Shown here piece after piece: positions 28,084-37,812 of a stretch of 64,000 nt of DNA. The notes beneath the pieces are model-generated. The model saw nothing but the letters and a program-made list of their open reading frames with translations, did not search any database and was not told where the DNA came from. The DNA is from Planctomycetota bacterium (GTDB lineage: Bacteria > Planctomycetota > Brocadiia > JAADGH01): contig JBFMAD010000001.1 in assembly GCA_040755855.1 (NCBI GenBank), positions 64,001 to 128,000 of the forward strand. The letters run 5' to 3'. Every line of letters starts with the position of its first letter. Position 1 is the stretch's first letter. The translations under genes and the position numbers were made by a program.

Positions 28084-28458
28084 ATGGAGGCGGCGAGATG
28101 TTTTGAAGATCTGTGGGTGTGGCAGGAGGCGCGGGTTGTTGTGAGGAACATCTACTCGGATTTCGGCGCTGGCACGCCGGCTTGCCAGGACTTCGGTTTC
28201 AGAAACCAAGTTCAAAAAGCAGGTATTTCGGTCATGAACAATATCGCCGAGGGATTTGAACGAAACTCGGATGCAGACTTCGCCCGATTCCTCGAAATCG
28301 CCAAAGGTTCCTGCGGCGAGGTCCGCAGCATGTACTACCCCGCGCAGGATCTGCAGTATGTCACGGAGGACACAGCAGCGCAGCGGCGTGAGACACTGAG
28401 GCGAATCGCAGCCGGGATCGCCTCGCTCATCGCTCACCTCAGAAAGCCGAGCGACTGA
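28084..28458 (+). CDS. Four helix bundle protein (23S rRNA IVP family)
   Basis: FEDLWVWQEAR, DFGFRNQVQKAGISVMNNIAEGFER, FLEIAKGSCGEVRS. Confidence 0.93.
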   Translation: MEAARCFEDLWVWQEARVVVRNIYSDFGAGTPACQDFGFRNQVQKAGISVMNNIAEGFERNSDADFARFLEIAKGSCGEVRSMYYPAQDLQYVTEDTAAQRRETLRRIAAGIASLIAHLRKPSD

Positions 28459-28485
28459 TCCAGTGTATTGCACAGCCAAACAATT

Positions 28486-28533
28486 TTTTGGACTATTTGA
28501 CTCTTCGACCCTTCGACTCTTCGACTCTTGAAC
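28486..28533 (-). repeat. Right 8-mer tandem array (TCTTCGAC)n, inverted relative to the left array
   Basis: TTTTGGAC TATTTGAC TCTTCGAC CCTTCGAC TCTTCGAC TCTTGAAC. Confidence 0.85.
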
Positions 28534-28549
28534 TTGTGAGCGTTCCGCG

Positions 28550-30034
28550 ATGAGACGCCCCAACATCCTGTATGTCATGGCCGACGACCACGCCGCCAAT
28601 GCGATCAGTTGCTACGGCTCGCGCCTCGCGTCGGTCTTCCAGACCCCGAACATGGACCGGCTTGCCGCGGAGGGCGTTCGCCTGACAAACTTCTTCGCCA
28701 CCAACTCCATCTGCACCCCCGCACGGGCCACGATCATGACCGGGCAGCACGGCCACATCAACGGCGTGCGCACGCTGGCCGACACATGGCATCCCGAAAA
28801 CGGGCCGAACCTCGCCTTGCTCCTCCAGCAGGCGGGGTATGAGACCGCGATGATCGGCAAGTGGCACCTCCACTGCACGCCCGTCGGCTTCGACGACTAC
28901 AAATACATGTGCAACTGCCACGAGCAGGGGACCTACCAGAATCCTGTCTTTGCAGAGAAGGGCCTGGGCGAAGTCCCGTACACCGGCTACGTGACCGACA
29001 TCATTACCGAAATGGCCCTCAAGTGGCTGCATCGGCGCAAGGGATCGGCCAAGCCGTTCTTCATGATGTTCCACCACAAGGCCCCGCACGACTTCTGGGA
29101 GTTCGCCGAGCGGCACGAGCGCATGTTCGACGGCGTTGAAATCCCCTGGCCCCACAGCCTCTTCGAGGACCGCAGCCACCGCTCGGAGGCGTCGCGCGAC
29201 TACGGCAGCTCCGTCACCCCGCGCAGCGGCGTCCGCAGCCTCTACGCCGACTTCTGCAAGCCGAACTATGTCACCGGCCCCCTCAGCGGCACGGAGAACA
29301 TGACCTTCGAGGAGAAAGGCATCGCCGCCTACCAGAAGTACCTCAAGGACTACCTCCGCACCGTGGCCGGAATTGACGACGCCATCGGCGCGGTGATGAT
29401 GGAGCTGGAGAGGCAGGGCATCCTCGACGACACGATCGTCATCTACACCTCCGACCAGGGCATGTTCCTCGGCGAGCACGACTACCAGGACAAGCGGTGG
29501 AGTTACGAGGAGAGTCTCATGTCGCCGTTTATCGTCCGCTACCCGAGTGAGATCGAGGCGAGGACGGTCGCCGACGCGCTGATGGACAACACCGACATCG
29601 CGCCGACGCTCCTGGACTATGCGGGAGTGGATGCGCCCGAGGCGATGCAGGGCCTCTCACGGCGTGCCATGCTCGCGGGGAAGTCGAACGCGCCCAGGCG
29701 GGATGCACTTTACTTCCGCTACTGGATGCACCTGGCCCACAAGCACCACAACCCGGCCCACTACGGCATCCGGACGGGTCGCTGGAAGTTGATCTTCTAC
29801 TACGGCCTCCCCCTCGACGCGGCCGGCGCGGTGAATGAAAAGTCCCCGGCGGGATGGGAGCTGTATGACATGCAGAACGACCCCTTCGAGCTGCGGAACC
29901 TCTACCAGGACCCGGCCCATGCCGACACGATCCGCGACCTCCGCAATCAGCTCGATGCGCTCAAAGAGAAGTACGGCGACACGGACGACAGATATCCCGA
30001 ACTCGTCGAGCGGAGAAAGCAAACTGGCCGGTAA
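28550..30034 (+). CDS. Sulfatase (formylglycine-dependent, Cys type)
   Basis: PNILYVMADDH, CTPARATIMTG, GKWHL, YTSDQG, DKRW. Confidence 0.93.
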   Translation: MRRPNILYVMADDHAANAISCYGSRLASVFQTPNMDRLAAEGVRLTNFFATNSICTPARATIMTGQHGHINGVRTLADTWHPENGPNLALLLQQAGYETAMIGKWHLHCTPVGFDDYKYMCNCHEQGTYQNPVFAEKGLGEVPYTGYVTDIITEMALKWLHRRKGSAKPFFMMFHHKAPHDFWEFAERHERMFDGVEIPWPHSLFEDRSHRSEASRDYGSSVTPRSGVRSLYADFCKPNYVTGPLSGTENMTFEEKGIAAYQKYLKDYLRTVAGIDDAIGAVMMELERQGILDDTIVIYTSDQGMFLGEHDYQDKRWSYEESLMSPFIVRYPSEIEARTVADALMDNTDIAPTLLDYAGVDAPEAMQGLSRRAMLAGKSNAPRRDALYFRYWMHLAHKHHNPAHYGIRTGRWKLIFYYGLPLDAAGAVNEKSPAGWELYDMQNDPFELRNLYQDPAHADTIRDLRNQLDALKEKYGDTDDRYPELVERRKQTGR

Positions 30035-30079
30035 GGATTCGGGTCAAGGGACCAATAACAAGGAAAAGGAGTCTGATTG

Positions 30080-31228
30080 ATGAAACTTGACAAGGCCGAG
30101 CGACTGCATTTCACCACCGTCGGCGAGGACGGCGTCCGCACCATCCTCGCGTGGAACACCCGCGTCGTGAGCAAGAAGCCCGGCTACCAGGTGCTCCCAT
30201 CCTCCGAGAAGGAACGGGGCGACGGCCTGCGCCTGTGCAACCGCGACAAGGCCGCCCCGGGCTACGTCCTCTACAGCCCCGACCACTCGAAGAAGTTCCT
30301 CCTCATTGACCTCGACGGCAAGATCGTCCACGAGTGGAAGGCATGGACCACGCACTTCGGCTATCTGCTCCCCAACGGCCACCTGCTGCTCGACACCGAG
30401 TTCTCGCCCGACCGCGACCTCGGCATCGTCGAGGTGGACTGGGACGGCAACGAAATCTGGTCCTGCCCCTGCCAGGTGCACCACGACTTCCAGCGCCTCG
30501 ACAACGGCAACACGATGGTCCTCTGCCAGCGCGAGATCGAGAAGCCGCAAATCTGCCGCGGCACGCTCCTGAGCACATACCTCTATGAGGTCACGCCCGA
30601 CCGCGAGGTCGTCTGGGAGTGGTACAGCGAGGACCACATCGAGGAACTGAAGCGCTTGGCCGGCGTCAAGTTCCCCGGCGACAATCCCGACTGGACGCAT
30701 TCGAACACGGTGCAGGTCCTCCCCGAGACCCCTGCCTTGCGCGACCCGCGCTTCAAGCCGGGCAACGTGATGGTGAGCCATCGCAACCTTGATACGGCCC
30801 TCGTAATCGAGCGCGAGACGGGCGAGATCGTCTGGACGTGGGGACCGGGCGTGATGTCGCGCCAGCACGCGACGATCATGATGGATAACGGCCACATGAT
30901 CTGCTTCGACAACGGCACGCTGCGGAAGTGGTCGGCGGTGTGGGAGGTCGAGCCGATCAGCGGCGAGATCGTCTGGTCCTACAAGGGCGACCCGCCGTCG
31001 TCGTTCTTTGCGTCGGCCCTGTCCAATGCGCAGCGCCTGTGGAACGGCAACACGTTCATCTGCTCCGGCTCGCAGCCGGACCACGGGCGGCTGTTCGAGG
31101 TCACGCCCGACGGCGAGATCGTCTGGGAGTTCCAGAACCCGTATGCCGAGTATGCCGAGGGGCAAAAGATCGTCTATCGCGCCTACAAGTATTCCCCCGA
31201 GTTCATCGAGCCGTTTCTGAAGAAGTGA
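30080..31228 (+). CDS. Aryl-sulfate sulfotransferase-like beta-propeller protein
   Basis: HHDFQRL, DWTHSN, QHAT, FDNG, SNAQRLWNGNTFIC, VYRAYKY. Confidence 0.8.
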   Translation: MKLDKAERLHFTTVGEDGVRTILAWNTRVVSKKPGYQVLPSSEKERGDGLRLCNRDKAAPGYVLYSPDHSKKFLLIDLDGKIVHEWKAWTTHFGYLLPNGHLLLDTEFSPDRDLGIVEVDWDGNEIWSCPCQVHHDFQRLDNGNTMVLCQREIEKPQICRGTLLSTYLYEVTPDREVVWEWYSEDHIEELKRLAGVKFPGDNPDWTHSNTVQVLPETPALRDPRFKPGNVMVSHRNLDTALVIERETGEIVWTWGPGVMSRQHATIMMDNGHMICFDNGTLRKWSAVWEVEPISGEIVWSYKGDPPSSFFASALSNAQRLWNGNTFICSGSQPDHGRLFEVTPDGEIVWEFQNPYAEYAEGQKIVYRAYKYSPEFIEPFLKK

Positions 31229-31574
31229 AGTCGCATCGCGGGTTCCGGGGTTGACGGCGAGCTGCGGGGACATCAACCAGGCGGCGAAGCCGCGACTCCG
31301 AGTCCCCGGGAAGCGGAAGCCGATAGATCACAAGATACTGTTTCGTCGAGACTTGATACAAATAATTAAGTATGGTGTCCCCGGAACTCAGTTGCAGAAC
31401 CCCCATGGTGATTCACAGTCGCCGCATCAGCAGATGTCACCACGGCGTGAAGCCGCAGGGATCGTCCGCCGGCTCCACATCCTCCAGGTATAGGGCACGG
31501 GCCGCTTGTCCGGAGGCTCCGGTGAATGTATATCAGGGGCCTGTTGCCCAAATCCCGAACTGGCAAAAATGATC

Positions 31575-31648
31575 TGTAGCCGCAGGCTTTAGCCTGCGCC
31601 GTTTGGCCGTGCGACCCCGAATCGCGCAGGCTAAAGCCTGCGACTACA
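31575..31648. repeat. GTAG-type REP doublet
   Basis: TGTAGCCGCAGGCTTTAGCCTGCG...CGCAGGCTAAAGCCTGCGACTACA; related arm at 57413-57435. Confidence 0.8.
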
Positions 31649-31689
31649 TTTGGGCAACGCGCCCTCAGATATTTAATTACCAAAAACAA

Positions 31690-32805
31690 CTACCAGGGGT
31701 GAGAGCGGGGGACGCGGCGGCTCACGGCGCAAAGGACTTCGTTAGGGATCGTGCCGAGGAGTTTGGCCACCGACTCGACTGAGATCATCTCGTCGCCCTG
31801 CCGCCCATAGACGACCACGTCATCCCCTATCTGCACCTCCGGTACATCTGTGATATCAACCACGCACTGATCCATGCAAATACGGCCGATAATGTGGCAA
31901 TGTTTGCCGTGGATGAGGACATGGCCCGTGTTAGAGAGGAGGCGGTTCAAGCCGTCGGCGTATCCGATGGGGAGCGTCGCGGCTCGGGTGGGGCGGGCGG
32001 CGGTGAACGTCCTCCCATAGCTCACGGTTGCGCCAACGAGCAGGTTTTTGGCAAAGGAGACGCGGGTCTTGAGCGTCATCGCGGGGCGAAGGTCTAAGTC
32101 GAGCCTCATGTCGGCGGTGGGATGGTAGCCGTAGAGGGCGAGGCCGGGGCGGACCATGTCGAAGTGCGCCTCGGGGAGCTGGGCGATGGCCCCGCTATTG
32201 GCGGCGTGGCGGAGGGGGACTGGCAGCCCCTCTTTTTTCATTTTTGCGGTGATCGAGTTGAAGAGGGCGACTTGGCGGCGCGCGAAGGAGAGGTCCGGCT
32301 CATCGGCGGCGGGAAAGTGGGTCCAGACGCCGTCGAAGGAGAGATGGCCGAGGGACAGGACGCGCCGGATGAGGTCGAGCGCCCCGTCGGGGCTGACGCC
32401 GATGCGCCCCATGCCTGTGTCAATCTTCACGTGGACCGAGGCGACGACGTTTAGGCGACGGGCCGTTTCGGAGACGGCCTGGGCAAGGTCCGCGTCGCAG
32501 ACGGTGAGGGCGACGGAACGGCGCAGGGCGTCTTCGACGAGATCGGGCAGGACGGCGCCGAGCATGAGGATGGGGGTCTCGATGCCCGCGTCGCGGAGCT
32601 CGGCGGCCTCGGAGACGGCGGCGACGCCGAGCATGTCCACGCCATGTGCGGCCAGGGCTTTGCTCACGGCGACGGCGCCGTGGCCGTAGGCGTTGGCCTT
32701 GACAGCGGCCAGGACTTTAACGCGGGGACCGACCTTCCTTCGTATTTCTTCGAGATTGTGAATGATATTGCCGAGCCGGATTTCGGCCCGGGTCGGGTGG
32801 CTCAT
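31690..32805 (-). CDS. alr: Alanine racemase
   Basis: AAVKANAYGHG, HVKIDTGMGRIG, HAANS, MVRPG, IGYADG, GRICMDQ; start at MSHPTRAEI. Confidence 0.96.
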   Translation of the reverse strand: MSHPTRAEIRLGNIIHNLEEIRRKVGPRVKVLAAVKANAYGHGAVAVSKALAAHGVDMLGVAAVSEAAELRDAGIETPILMLGAVLPDLVEDALRRSVALTVCDADLAQAVSETARRLNVVASVHVKIDTGMGRIGVSPDGALDLIRRVLSLGHLSFDGVWTHFPAADEPDLSFARRQVALFNSITAKMKKEGLPVPLRHAANSGAIAQLPEAHFDMVRPGLALYGYHPTADMRLDLDLRPAMTLKTRVSFAKNLLVGATVSYGRTFTAARPTRAATLPIGYADGLNRLLSNTGHVLIHGKHCHIIGRICMDQCVVDITDVPEVQIGDDVVVYGRQGDEMISVESVAKLLGTIPNEVLCAVSRRVPRSHPW

Positions 32806-33168
32806 AGGATTTCCTTTCCGGCGTAATTGTATCACGTCGTTTTGCCATTTCAAGCAGGAGTTCGTGAACCGGTGCATGTCGTTTCCCTCGCTGGACGGAA
32901 GGACCGTCCCGTTTGTGGAGTGCGCAACCATGCCCAGGCGTGGTTGCGCCTTGACATCGGGAAGCCCTGCTTCCCGACGATGGCTCGGCAACCGTGCGGA
33001 GGCGCAGGGACAGCCTGACGGCGACAACCGCGCAACGAAAGAGCGGGAAGCATGGCTTCCCGCAAGAAAGGCGGCAGTCCAAAGGACCGGCCACGCCAAG
33101 CTGTCCATCTGAAAAGAACTTGCTCATGGACCGAGAGAAATGACGTACACCCTTCGCGGAATTGGGCC

Positions 33169-33197
33169 TTGACAAAGGCATGGGAAAGGTGTATTTT
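33169..33197 (+). promoter_or_regulatory. Sigma70-type promoter of the nagB operon
   Basis: TTGACA-N17-TATTTT. Confidence 0.5.
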
Positions 33198-33274
33198 GCA
33201 TAGTTCGTTTGTCTGGGGCGAACGGCCCTGATTCGTACAGTGTGGTTTTGTGATGTCAAAGAGGAGAAAGCAAG

Positions 33275-34021
33275 ATGAAAGTGATCGTGGTGAAGGACAA
33301 GAAGGCCATGGGCAAGAAGGGCGCGGAGCTGATCGCCGCGGATATGAAGAAGAAGGATCGCCCCTACGTGCTGGGCCTCGCCACGGGCAGCACGCCCGAG
33401 ACGATGTACGCGGAGTGGGCAAGCATGTGCAAGAAGGGCGAAGTGGATTTCAGCACGGTGATCACGTTCAACCTCGATGAGTATGTCGGCCTCAAGCCCA
33501 CGCACGATCAGAGCTATCGCTACTTCATGAACGACAAGTTGTTCAATCACGTCAACATCAACAAGAAGAACACCTTCGTCCCCGACGGGATGGCTAAGGA
33601 TACCGAGGCGAGCTGCGCCGCCTACGAGGCGAAGATCAACGCCTGCGGCGGGATTGACTACCAAGTCCTCGGCATCGGCAGCAATGGCCACATCGCCTTC
33701 AACGAGCCCGGCTCCTCGCTCGGCTCGCGGACGCGAAAGGTGAAACTGACTGAGAACACGATCAAGGACAACTCCCGGTTCTTCAAGAGCATGAGCGAGG
33801 TGCCCAAGAGCGCCATCACGATGGGCATCGGCACAATCCTCGAGGCGGCGAATATCATCCTCCTGGCCAGCGGCGCGAACAAGGTCGAGGCTGTCGCCGC
33901 CGCCATCGAGGGACCCATCACCGCCTCCTGCCCCGCCAGCGCCCTGCAGACGCACCCGAACGTGACATTCGTCCTCACGGAGGACGCCGCCACGGGGCTG
34001 AAGCTCATGCACCAGAGCTGA
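33275..34021 (+). CDS. nagB: Glucosamine-6-phosphate deaminase
   Basis: LGLATGSTP, FNLDEY, LGIGSNGHIAFNEPG, ITMGIGTI. Confidence 0.96.
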   Translation: MKVIVVKDKKAMGKKGAELIAADMKKKDRPYVLGLATGSTPETMYAEWASMCKKGEVDFSTVITFNLDEYVGLKPTHDQSYRYFMNDKLFNHVNINKKNTFVPDGMAKDTEASCAAYEAKINACGGIDYQVLGIGSNGHIAFNEPGSSLGSRTRKVKLTENTIKDNSRFFKSMSEVPKSAITMGIGTILEAANIILLASGANKVEAVAAAIEGPITASCPASALQTHPNVTFVLTEDAATGLKLMHQS

Positions 34022-34034
34022 GGGGCGGCGCGCC

Positions 34035-35027
34035 ATGGACCTCATCGAACGGTTCAAGACCGAGGCGAAGCAGGCCCGAAAGACCATTGTCTATCCCGAA
34101 GGGGATGACGAGCGAATCCCCAAGGCGGCCCAGGCCGTCACCGAACAAGGGCTCGCCAAGGCGATCGTCATCGGCAATACGGACGAGGTGCAGGCCCTGG
34201 CCAAACAGGCCGGGGCGAAGCTGGACGGCGTGACCGTCATTGATCCGAAGGCCTCGGACGACCTGGCGAGATACGCGGCGGAATACAACCGCCGCAAGCC
34301 GGAAGTCAGCGAGAAGGTCGCCGCGCGCCTGCTGCGGCGGCCTTTGCTGTTCGGCGCGATGATGGTCTCGGTCGGCGACGCCGACGGCATGGTCGGCGGC
34401 GTGGCCAACGCCACCGCCCGCATGATCGAGGCCGGGGGGCTGACCATCGGCTACCAGCCGGGGCTGAGCGGGGCGTCGAGTTTCTTCATCATGGTCGTGC
34501 CCCAATGCCTAGGCGAGACGGACAAGGCGCTGATCTTCGCCGACTGCGCGGTGAACGTGAACCCGACGGCGAAGGAACTGGCCGAGATCGCCGTCGCCTC
34601 GGGCCGCAGCGCCAGGACCCTCCTCGGCATCGAGCCGAAGATCGCCATGCTCTCCTTCTCCACAAAGGGCAGCGCCTCGCACGCGGACGTGGACAAGGTG
34701 GTGGAGGCGACGAAGCGGGCGAAGGAGATCGCGCCGGACCTCTGCATTGACGGCGAGATGCAGGGCGACGCGGCCCTCGTTGAGCGCGTGGCCAAGAAGA
34801 AGGTAAAGGAAAGCGACGTGGCCGGACGGGCCAACGTCCTCGTTTTCCCCGACTTAGACGCGGGCAACATCGCCTACAAGCTGACCCAGTACCTGGCCAA
34901 CGCCAGGGCCTACGGGCCGATCATGCAGGGGTTCGCCAAGCCGATCAACGACATGTCGCGCGGCGCGACGGTGGACGACCTCGTCGGCGTCACGGCCATC
35001 ACCGCTGTCCAGGCGAAAGGGTCTTGA
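34035..35027 (+). CDS. pta: Phosphate acetyltransferase
   Basis: YPEGDDER, FADCAVN, LSFSTKGS, DGEMQGDAA, FPDLDAGNIAYK, DMSRG. Confidence 0.95.
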   Translation: MDLIERFKTEAKQARKTIVYPEGDDERIPKAAQAVTEQGLAKAIVIGNTDEVQALAKQAGAKLDGVTVIDPKASDDLARYAAEYNRRKPEVSEKVAARLLRRPLLFGAMMVSVGDADGMVGGVANATARMIEAGGLTIGYQPGLSGASSFFIMVVPQCLGETDKALIFADCAVNVNPTAKELAEIAVASGRSARTLLGIEPKIAMLSFSTKGSASHADVDKVVEATKRAKEIAPDLCIDGEMQGDAALVERVAKKKVKESDVAGRANVLVFPDLDAGNIAYKLTQYLANARAYGPIMQGFAKPINDMSRGATVDDLVGVTAITAVQAKGS

Positions 35028-35037
35028 AAGGGAACCG

Positions 35038-36249
35038 ATGGACATCCTGGTGATCAACAGCGGAAGCTCCTCGCTGAAATACCTCCTGTTCGATATGGAC
35101 AACGAAGATGTGCTCGCCAAGGGCATTGTGGAAAAGATCGGCGAGGAGACGTCCTTCCTGAAACACACCGTGGACGGGAACGAAATCACGAAGGAGGCGA
35201 AGGCCCCCGATCACGACGCCGCCTTCCACCTGATGATCGAGGCCCTGCTCGACAAGAACCACGGCGTCATTGAGAGCACCGACGAGGTTTCCGCCGTCGG
35301 CCACCGCGTCGTGCACGGCGGAGAGACCTTCGTCCAGTCCACGGTCATCACCGACGAGGTGAAACAGACGATCGAGGACTATTTCCCGCTGGCCCCGCTG
35401 CACAATCCGCCGAACCTGGCGGGGATTCTCGCGGCGCAGAGGGCCTTCCCCTCCGTGCCGCACGTGGCCGTCTTCGACACGGCGTTCCACCAGACCATGC
35501 CGAAGCAGGCTTACATGTACGCCCTGCCGTATGAATTGTATAAGGAAGATCGCGTGCGGAAGTATGGCTTCCACGGCACGTCGCACCGGTTCGTGTCCAT
35601 GCGAGCGGCGGAGATACTGGGCATCCCGCGCGACAAATTCAACTGCATCACCTGCCACCTGGGCAACGGGTGCAGCCTGACGGCGGTGCGCGAGGGCAAG
35701 TCGGTGGACACGAGCATGGGCCTGACGCCGCTGGAGGGGGTGGTGATGGGAACGCGCACGGGGGACTTCGACCCGGCGATCATCTTCTACCTCGCCCGGC
35801 GGAGAGGTTATTCGCTGGACCAGATGGACAAGATATTCAACAAGCAGAGCGGCCTGCTGGGGCTGAGCGGCGTGAGCAACGACATGCGCGAAATCCACGA
35901 AGCGGCCGAAGGGAGCAACGCGCGCGCACAGCTCGCCATTGACGTGTTCGCCTACCGTGTGCGAAAATACATTGGGTCCTACCTGGCGGCGCTGGGGCGT
36001 ACCGACGCCATTGTGTTTACCGGAGGAATCGGTGAGAATGCCTGCGGCGTCCGCGAGGCGATCTGCATCGGCCTGGAGCCTCTGGGGATCGTGTTCGACA
36101 AGAAGAAGAACTCGGCGACGCGGGCGAAGGAGGCGATCATATCAGAAGGCGCTTCCCATGTGAAGGTGATGGTCGTGCCGACGAATGAGGAACTCTTGAT
36201 CGCGCGAGATACGCTTGCCGTGGCGGAGAAGGCGGCGGTCAGGACATAA
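35038..36249 (+). CDS. ackA: Acetate kinase
   Basis: VINSGSSSLK, GHRVVHGG, APLHNP, FDTAFH, HLGNG, FTGGIGEN, PTNEE. Confidence 0.97.
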   Translation: MDILVINSGSSSLKYLLFDMDNEDVLAKGIVEKIGEETSFLKHTVDGNEITKEAKAPDHDAAFHLMIEALLDKNHGVIESTDEVSAVGHRVVHGGETFVQSTVITDEVKQTIEDYFPLAPLHNPPNLAGILAAQRAFPSVPHVAVFDTAFHQTMPKQAYMYALPYELYKEDRVRKYGFHGTSHRFVSMRAAEILGIPRDKFNCITCHLGNGCSLTAVREGKSVDTSMGLTPLEGVVMGTRTGDFDPAIIFYLARRRGYSLDQMDKIFNKQSGLLGLSGVSNDMREIHEAAEGSNARAQLAIDVFAYRVRKYIGSYLAALGRTDAIVFTGGIGENACGVREAICIGLEPLGIVFDKKKNSATRAKEAIISEGASHVKVMVVPTNEELLIARDTLAVAEKAAVRT

Positions 36250-36291
36250 CGAGACACAAACCTCCCGGAGGTTTGCATGCCGTCTGCCTCT

Positions 36292-36375
36292 CGTCATTCT
36301 CGCGTACGCGGGAATCCACGAGCGGTCGAGTCCCGCGCGGACGTGGGACTGGATTCCCGCTTTCGCGGGAATGAC
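36292..36375. repeat. GTCATTCCCGC-type palindromic repeat doublet
   Basis: CGTCATTCTCGCGTACGCGGGAATCCA...TGGATTCCCGCTTTCGCGGGAATGAC; single arms near 61358, 61562 and 61752. Confidence 0.8.
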
Positions 36376-36461
36376 AAGGGGAAGATTGGAAGTCTGGCAA
36401 TTTCTGCTACGGGTGAGTGCGTTTCCGCCACAGAAACGAATAAGAGGAGGAGTCTGAGGGA

Positions 36462-37745
36462 ATGAAGCTGTGCATCTTTGAGGACGAGAAGTTCGACAAC
36501 CTGTACCCGCTGACCTATCTTAGGCCGGTCTTTGAGCTGAAGTGCGGCGCGACAAGCCTGGAAGAGAAGATCATCCGGGCCTTCCCCAAAGCCGACGTTT
36601 GCTACTTCGTTCGGGACTGGATGGCCGAGAGCTACAAGGCCCGCGCCAACGGCCGACCGGTAAACGATATGTCGGCCCTCATGGGCGGCGACATCCTCCT
36701 TGTCAACGGCCGCCTGCTGATGAAGGACTTCGATCTTGCGGCCAAGGGGGAGGACGAGATCGCTATCTGCGACGACGATGTGGTTTACGTCCGGCTGAAG
36801 GCGGCGACAGCGGAGAAATGCAAGGCCGCCGACCTCGGCAAGTGCCTGGCCATGGCCAAGGCGGTGGTGGGAGCAAAGGAAGTCAAGGCCCCGATGATCC
36901 GCTATCCGTGGGACCTCATTGACAACAATCCCTCGATGATTACGCTGGACTTCCAGGCCGCCGGGAAGAAGGGCATCGAGGGGTCTTTCTCCGACAAGGC
37001 CGCGATCTATGGCGACGAGAAACTCGTTTATGTGGCCCCCGGAGCGGAGATTCACCCCTTCGTAACGCTGGACACCCGGCAGGGCCCCGTAACCATCGCC
37101 GAGGGCGCGGAGGTCCATCCCTATACCCGCATCGAAGGGCCGAGCTACATCGGCCGGAAGACGACCCTCTTCGGCGCGAAGATCCGGGAGGGGACGTCCG
37201 TGGGCGAGGTCTGCCGCGTGGGCGGGGAACTCGAGGAGAGCATCTTCCACAGCTACAGCAACAAGTACCACGACGGCTTCATCGGCCACGCCTACATCTG
37301 CCAGTGGATCAACCTGGGGGCGCTGACGTCGAACAGCGACCTGAAGAACGACTATAAGACCGTCGAACTTTACATGAAGGGACAGCTGATGGACAGCGGT
37401 AGCACGAAGGTGGGATGCTTCATCGGCGACCACACCAAGACAAGCATCGGCACGCTGTTCAACACAGGAACGATGGTCGGATGCATGTCAAACGTGGTGG
37501 GCGGATCGGGCATCCTGCCGAAGTATATACCGTCATTCGTGATGGTGATGAACAACAAGTTCTACAAGGTGGGCTTCAAACAGCAGACGGCGACGGCCCG
37601 CACGGCCATGGGTCGGCGGAAGCTCGAACTGAGCGAGGCGGACGAGGCGCTCCTCCAGCATGTCTTCGACATGACCAAGGACGACCGGATGCCGCTCATC
37701 AAGCAGTCGCGGAAGGAGCTGTCACAGGAAGCCGGATTGGCATAG
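36462..37745 (+). CDS. GlmU-related putative sugar nucleotidyltransferase with left-handed beta-helix
   Basis: LYPLTYLRPVFELKCG, hexapeptide repeats, NKYHDGFIGH, SDLKNDY, GDHTKTSIG. Confidence 0.85.
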   Translation: MKLCIFEDEKFDNLYPLTYLRPVFELKCGATSLEEKIIRAFPKADVCYFVRDWMAESYKARANGRPVNDMSALMGGDILLVNGRLLMKDFDLAAKGEDEIAICDDDVVYVRLKAATAEKCKAADLGKCLAMAKAVVGAKEVKAPMIRYPWDLIDNNPSMITLDFQAAGKKGIEGSFSDKAAIYGDEKLVYVAPGAEIHPFVTLDTRQGPVTIAEGAEVHPYTRIEGPSYIGRKTTLFGAKIREGTSVGEVCRVGGELEESIFHSYSNKYHDGFIGHAYICQWINLGALTSNSDLKNDYKTVELYMKGQLMDSGSTKVGCFIGDHTKTSIGTLFNTGTMVGCMSNVVGGSGILPKYIPSFVMVMNNKFYKVGFKQQTATARTAMGRRKLELSEADEALLQHVFDMTKDDRMPLIKQSRKELSQEAGLA

Positions 37746-37812
37746 TTTGCAGCCTCCCGCGGGTCCCAGACCGCCGGGAGGTTTGGCTTGTTCAATAGGA
37801 AGGAAAGCAGAG

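Noticed and set aside
32806..33108. N-terminal extension of Alr, or a riboswitch upstream of alr/nagB
   Set aside because: Alr homology starts at 32805. The hairpins here (CGGGAAGC...GCTTCCCG) look like REP-type palindromes and match no riboswitch consensus I recognise.
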